The notes beneath the pieces were generated by a model. It made no database searches and was not told where the DNA came from. It saw only the letters and a list, made by a program, of their open reading frames with translations. A program made the position numbers and the translations under genes. A DNA stretch of 63,845 nt, the filler included, from Saprolegnia diclina VS20 (Eukaryota), in NCBI RefSeq assembly GCF_000281045.1. It is 12 parts of 7 records of this genome, joined end to end, with 100 filler letters (N's around TTAATTAATTAA, not from the genome) between each part and the next. Parts side by side here need not be neighbours in the genome. Positions count along the whole stretch, not along the records: positions 60,026 to 62,121 come from NW_008246167.1; positions 62,222 to 63,845 come from NW_008246168.1; 10 more parts are not named here. One strand, given 5' to 3'. Every line of letters starts with the position of its first letter. Positions within the stretch are counted from its first letter, which is position 1. This document shows, in pieces, positions 60,814-63,845 of this stretch.

Positions 60814-62121
60814 TTACATGATCGACGTTGGACTATAGAGCGTATAGTGCTCCGCATCAAAGCCGCACGCCATGCGATGTGTGGCGACAAAGGCTTGGAT
60901 CTCGTCCTTGTGTTGTTGGTCCATCGCATACACAATAACGCGCACGTCGGTACACTGCGCGAGCGACTGGAGAAGCACGCGGACACCATTGATCGTCACG
61001 TTGTAGTTGTTGGTGAGGTCCAGTGTCAATGGCGTTGTGTTGCGCCCTTCGCGCAGCGTCTGTGCAAGGTGTCCGAGACTCGCGTCGTCAAGGCCCACGT
61101 CGTTGAAGCTCGCAAAACCAAGTCCGTTGCCGATCAAACGAACAAACGTCCGAGTCACACTGACAAGCCATCCGTCGGCCAGCTTGCACTGTTGAAACGT
61201 CAGCTTGCGGAGGCCTTGCGCGTGGCCAAGGAACGACAGCACAGTAGCAAATGCGGTCGGAGTAAAATCGATCGCACTGAAGAGCATGCTCTCGAGGTCC
61301 GGCCACGTCGACGCTTCGGCCAGGCCGTCGCCCATTTCGCCTCCGGACGATGCCAAATGGCGGAGTGCGGGCAAACGCCCAAGCGTAAAGAAGTCGGCGT
61401 GGTCGTTTGCGCTGGAAATCGCGAGCGAGGTGATCTTGGCCAAGTCGAGCAGGGCCAGGAACGGAACCACGGCCTCGGGCGAATACGTCCGCAGTTCCAC
61501 CTGGGTGAGCTGATGCAGCGGCAGCTCGAGTTCGAGGAAGGGGTCGAGGAACTCTTGGTTATCGTGGATGCCAAGAGACCGAAGCGAAGACGTGGTCGCA
61601 AGCGTGCGTGCGAGATCTGCCTCGTCTTCTATCGCGGTGCACTCGATCGAAAAGCTGCGAGCGTGGCCACTGCCAAGCCACGGCACCACATACGAATTCA
61701 AGTCCGCGGTGGCAGTGCTCATTTCGCCAATAAGCATGGTGCTGACGCGATGGTCGGGTGTCGTAAAGGCAGCAAAGATGTCTTCGTCGCCTTCGTCGGC
61801 GACCAAATCGATCGACTGGAGGCGCGTGCAGCGACGCAGCACGTCACAAAAGACGTCACTGCCGACCTGGTGCCGCCACTCTGATGTCACGTGCGTCAGC
61901 TTGAGCGGCCACTGCGACGCAAAGTCGATAAAGGCTTGAGCGTCGTCGGCCGCAAAGAGGCGCCCAAAATGCCAAATTTCGGTGGCGCGCACCGATAGGA
62001 ACACGGGCAGCGCCGCACGGTACAACGCAACAGCGTCGTCGGCGTCCAAGGTAGCGCCGTCCAAAACAAGCGTAGGCCACGTGTGCACCAGTGGGCCTGG
62101 TCGCGTCAATAGCGTCTTGGT
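60814..62121 (-). CDS. RNI-like leucine-rich-repeat protein, Saprolegniaceae-expanded type (5' truncated)
   Basis: HTWPTLVL...ALPVF, then repeated LxxLxL units (LRSLGI, ITSLAI, LRHLAS, LRKLTF, LTLDLTNN). Confidence 0.72.
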   Translation of the reverse strand, partial: TKTLLTRPGPLVHTWPTLVLDGATLDADDAVALYRAALPVFLSVRATEIWHFGRLFAADDAQAFIDFASQWPLKLTHVTSEWRHQVGSDVFCDVLRRCTRLQSIDLVADEGDEDIFAAFTTPDHRVSTMLIGEMSTATADLNSYVVPWLGSGHARSFSIECTAIEDEADLARTLATTSSLRSLGIHDNQEFLDPFLELELPLHQLTQVELRTYSPEAVVPFLALLDLAKITSLAISSANDHADFFTLGRLPALRHLASSGGEMGDGLAEASTWPDLESMLFSAIDFTPTAFATVLSFLGHAQGLRKLTFQQCKLADGWLVSVTRTFVRLIGNGLGFASFNDVGLDDASLGHLAQTLREGRNTTPLTLDLTNNYNVTINGVRVLLQSLAQCTDVRVIVYAMDQQHKDEIQAFVATHRMACGFDAEHYTLYSPTSIM

Positions 62122-62480
62122 NNNNNNNNNNNNNNNNNNNNNNNNNNNNNNNNNNNNNNNNNNNNTTAATTAATTAANNNNNNNNNNNNNNNNNNNNNNN
62201 NNNNNNNNNNNNNNNNNNNNNGCAAGACGATGTTGTGGACCATCACTAACATAGTGCTTGTTTGTAAACGATGGTTAGGGGTGTGGAGAGAGAGAGCACC
62301 CTCACTCGGCATCAAGGCCACCATCACTCACAGGACGGCTTTGCAGAAGTCTTGAACCCGGCTGATGGCTTGTGTGGCGGCCGAGAACCATTGTTCACAA
62401 TCAAGCACAGTGCTATGTTAGTGACGGTCCAGAACATGTCGTTGGTTTTATCAACGTTGCCACCGCTTGGCCACGATTTA

Positions 62481-63833
62481 TTACGATAGCGCCTTAAACT
62501 CAACCACTAACCTTTGCCCCCAGCGATCGGCTTCGATGCGGGCTTGCACAGCCAGCTCTGGGAACACGGCTTGCGGGTAGCTCATGACGTTTTTGACGGT
62601 CAATGTGACGTCCGGGGACGAGCCGACGGCGGTGAAAAGTGCGCGCGTTTCTTCGAGGTCCAGCGCTCGTTTGGCGATGGCCAACGATACCCGGAGTCGT
62701 TTACGATCGTCGCGCTTTGTCGTCAGTGCGTCGGCTACGAGCAAGAGCCCTTGCTTGCTCAGAGGGGCAAAGCTCAAACTGAGCTCTTCCAGACCTCGGG
62801 CCAGCCACTCTGGCAAGGCGCGCGAGATCGACTCGATGCCACGCTCGTCCACGGTCTTGGTCCATGTCTCTACTTTGGTCAGGACCCGTGACGTGCTGAG
62901 CCACGCGACAACGCTGGGCATGTCGGTAGCGGGAATGTCAGAAATGACAGCGCAGCGCAGGTCGGGGCATCGACCTCCAGCGAGATGTCGGGGGTCCAGC
63001 TTGTCATCCCACGCACCGAGGTAACGAAGGGCACAAAAGCGCGAGACGTCGACGCAGTGCGAGACGCGTAGGTTGACGACTCGAGCAGGATCCAGTTTGT
63101 CCAGAAGCGTTTGTACCTTCGCCTCGGGGGCCGTTCGCGTCGAGTGGAACGTCCTGACGCAGTGGAGATCGCCGTCCAAGGCAGCCAGTGCCGCGTGAAC
63201 GTCGTCAGCGCCATTGAGGATAAGAGTCTTGAGCGACGGCGACGCGAGGAGCGCGCGCGCCAGCGGCATGCAGTCGTCCACCGAACCTGGCGTGTAGCGC
63301 GTCATTTCGAAGCTGAGCGAGCGCAACGGAAACGCTGGTCGCGTGAACGCCGAAATCCAAAGCGCTGCGCTCACTGGATCGGACAAGCGGACGTCGACGC
63401 TCTCAATGTAGCGGCACGAGTCAAGTAGTTTGTGCACTTGAGCTGAGAACGTTGCATCTTTCTCTACCGAGACATGCCGGACGCGGTCGCCCCAAACGCG
63501 CGCAAGTGCCGGTGATATGGGCAGACGGACGCGTACCGATCGTGGCAGTGCCGCTGCCTGCCATCGGAGATCCGTGGCGGGCCCCACGTATACATACGGA
63601 AAGGCGGGCAGCGCAGCGATGCCGAGGTCAATGATCTGCACTGGAAATCTCTCGAGATACAAGCACGGCCAGTGGTGCTCGAGTTCCATCGATTGGCTGA
63701 GTAAGAGCAGCGCGTGAAGGGCCGGCGGTACGTTCGGCAGCGCCGACACAAAGGCCACAACGTCGTTGAGCTCGGAGAGCAGGTGCACGATGTCGAGCAG
63801 CACGATGCTGAGCGTGTCGATGGCGCAGCTCAT
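62481..63833 (-). CDS. LRR-like protein of the same expanded family
   Basis: N-terminal IVHLL...DVVAFVSALP...HHWPCLYL...AALPAF, then LRSLSF, LKTLIL, WLARGLEELSL. Confidence 0.7.
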   Translation of the reverse strand: MSCAIDTLSIVLLDIVHLLSELNDVVAFVSALPNVPPALHALLLLSQSMELEHHWPCLYLERFPVQIIDLGIAALPAFPYVYVGPATDLRWQAAALPRSVRVRLPISPALARVWGDRVRHVSVEKDATFSAQVHKLLDSCRYIESVDVRLSDPVSAALWISAFTRPAFPLRSLSFEMTRYTPGSVDDCMPLARALLASPSLKTLILNGADDVHAALAALDGDLHCVRTFHSTRTAPEAKVQTLLDKLDPARVVNLRVSHCVDVSRFCALRYLGAWDDKLDPRHLAGGRCPDLRCAVISDIPATDMPSVVAWLSTSRVLTKVETWTKTVDERGIESISRALPEWLARGLEELSLSFAPLSKQGLLLVADALTTKRDDRKRLRVSLAIAKRALDLEETRALFTAVGSSPDVTLTVKNVMSYPQAVFPELAVQARIEADRWGQRLVVEFKALS

Positions 63834-63845
63834 CCAAATGGTCTG

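Noticed and set aside
9620..62177. Eleven identical TTAATTAATTAA units at irregular spacing (CRISPR-like or regulatory repeat?)
   Set aside because: Each is flanked by 44 Ns per side and encodes stops in all six frames, so it is a synthetic contig-joining linker.
60814..63833. Apparent tandem cluster of two LRR-family genes
   Set aside because: They are separated by an artificial spacer, so true adjacency is unproven.

Overview
This is eukaryotic DNA, almost certainly from an oomycete of the Saprolegniales (Saprolegnia-like). That is an inference from the GC-rich exons, short GT-AG introns, oomycete INR/FPR and CCAAT core-promoter motifs, and Saprolegniaceae-type expanded gene families. The window is a scaffold patchwork: 11 artificial N44-TTAATTAATTAA-N44 spacers plus plain N gaps, so adjacency across spacers is unreliable. 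Recognisable housekeeping genes are an FIBP homolog, PEX14, a sigma-like GST, a tandem-PH protein, an MgtE-type and a NIPA-type Mg2+ transporter, a DUF2985 protein, tyrosine aminotransferase, an HVA22/REEP protein and a STIMATE/TMEM110-like protein. Also present are tRNA-Gly(GCC), two TKL-like pseudokinases, a DUF6604-like gene, LRR-family genes and large multi-TM family members. A near-complete, young Ty3/Gypsy chromovirus lies at 39126-44459. Two observations stand out. (1) A spliced kinase (13663-16683, minus strand) lacks the beta3 catalytic Lys but has a Lys in the glycine-loop/beta2 position exactly as WNK kinases do; it is otherwise not WNK-like and is preceded by an F-box-like segment. 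(2) The Gypsy element has no recognisable tRNA primer-binding site, only a 16-nt AT-rich leader that folds back onto the LTR end. All assignments come from reading the sequence by eye; no database searches were run.
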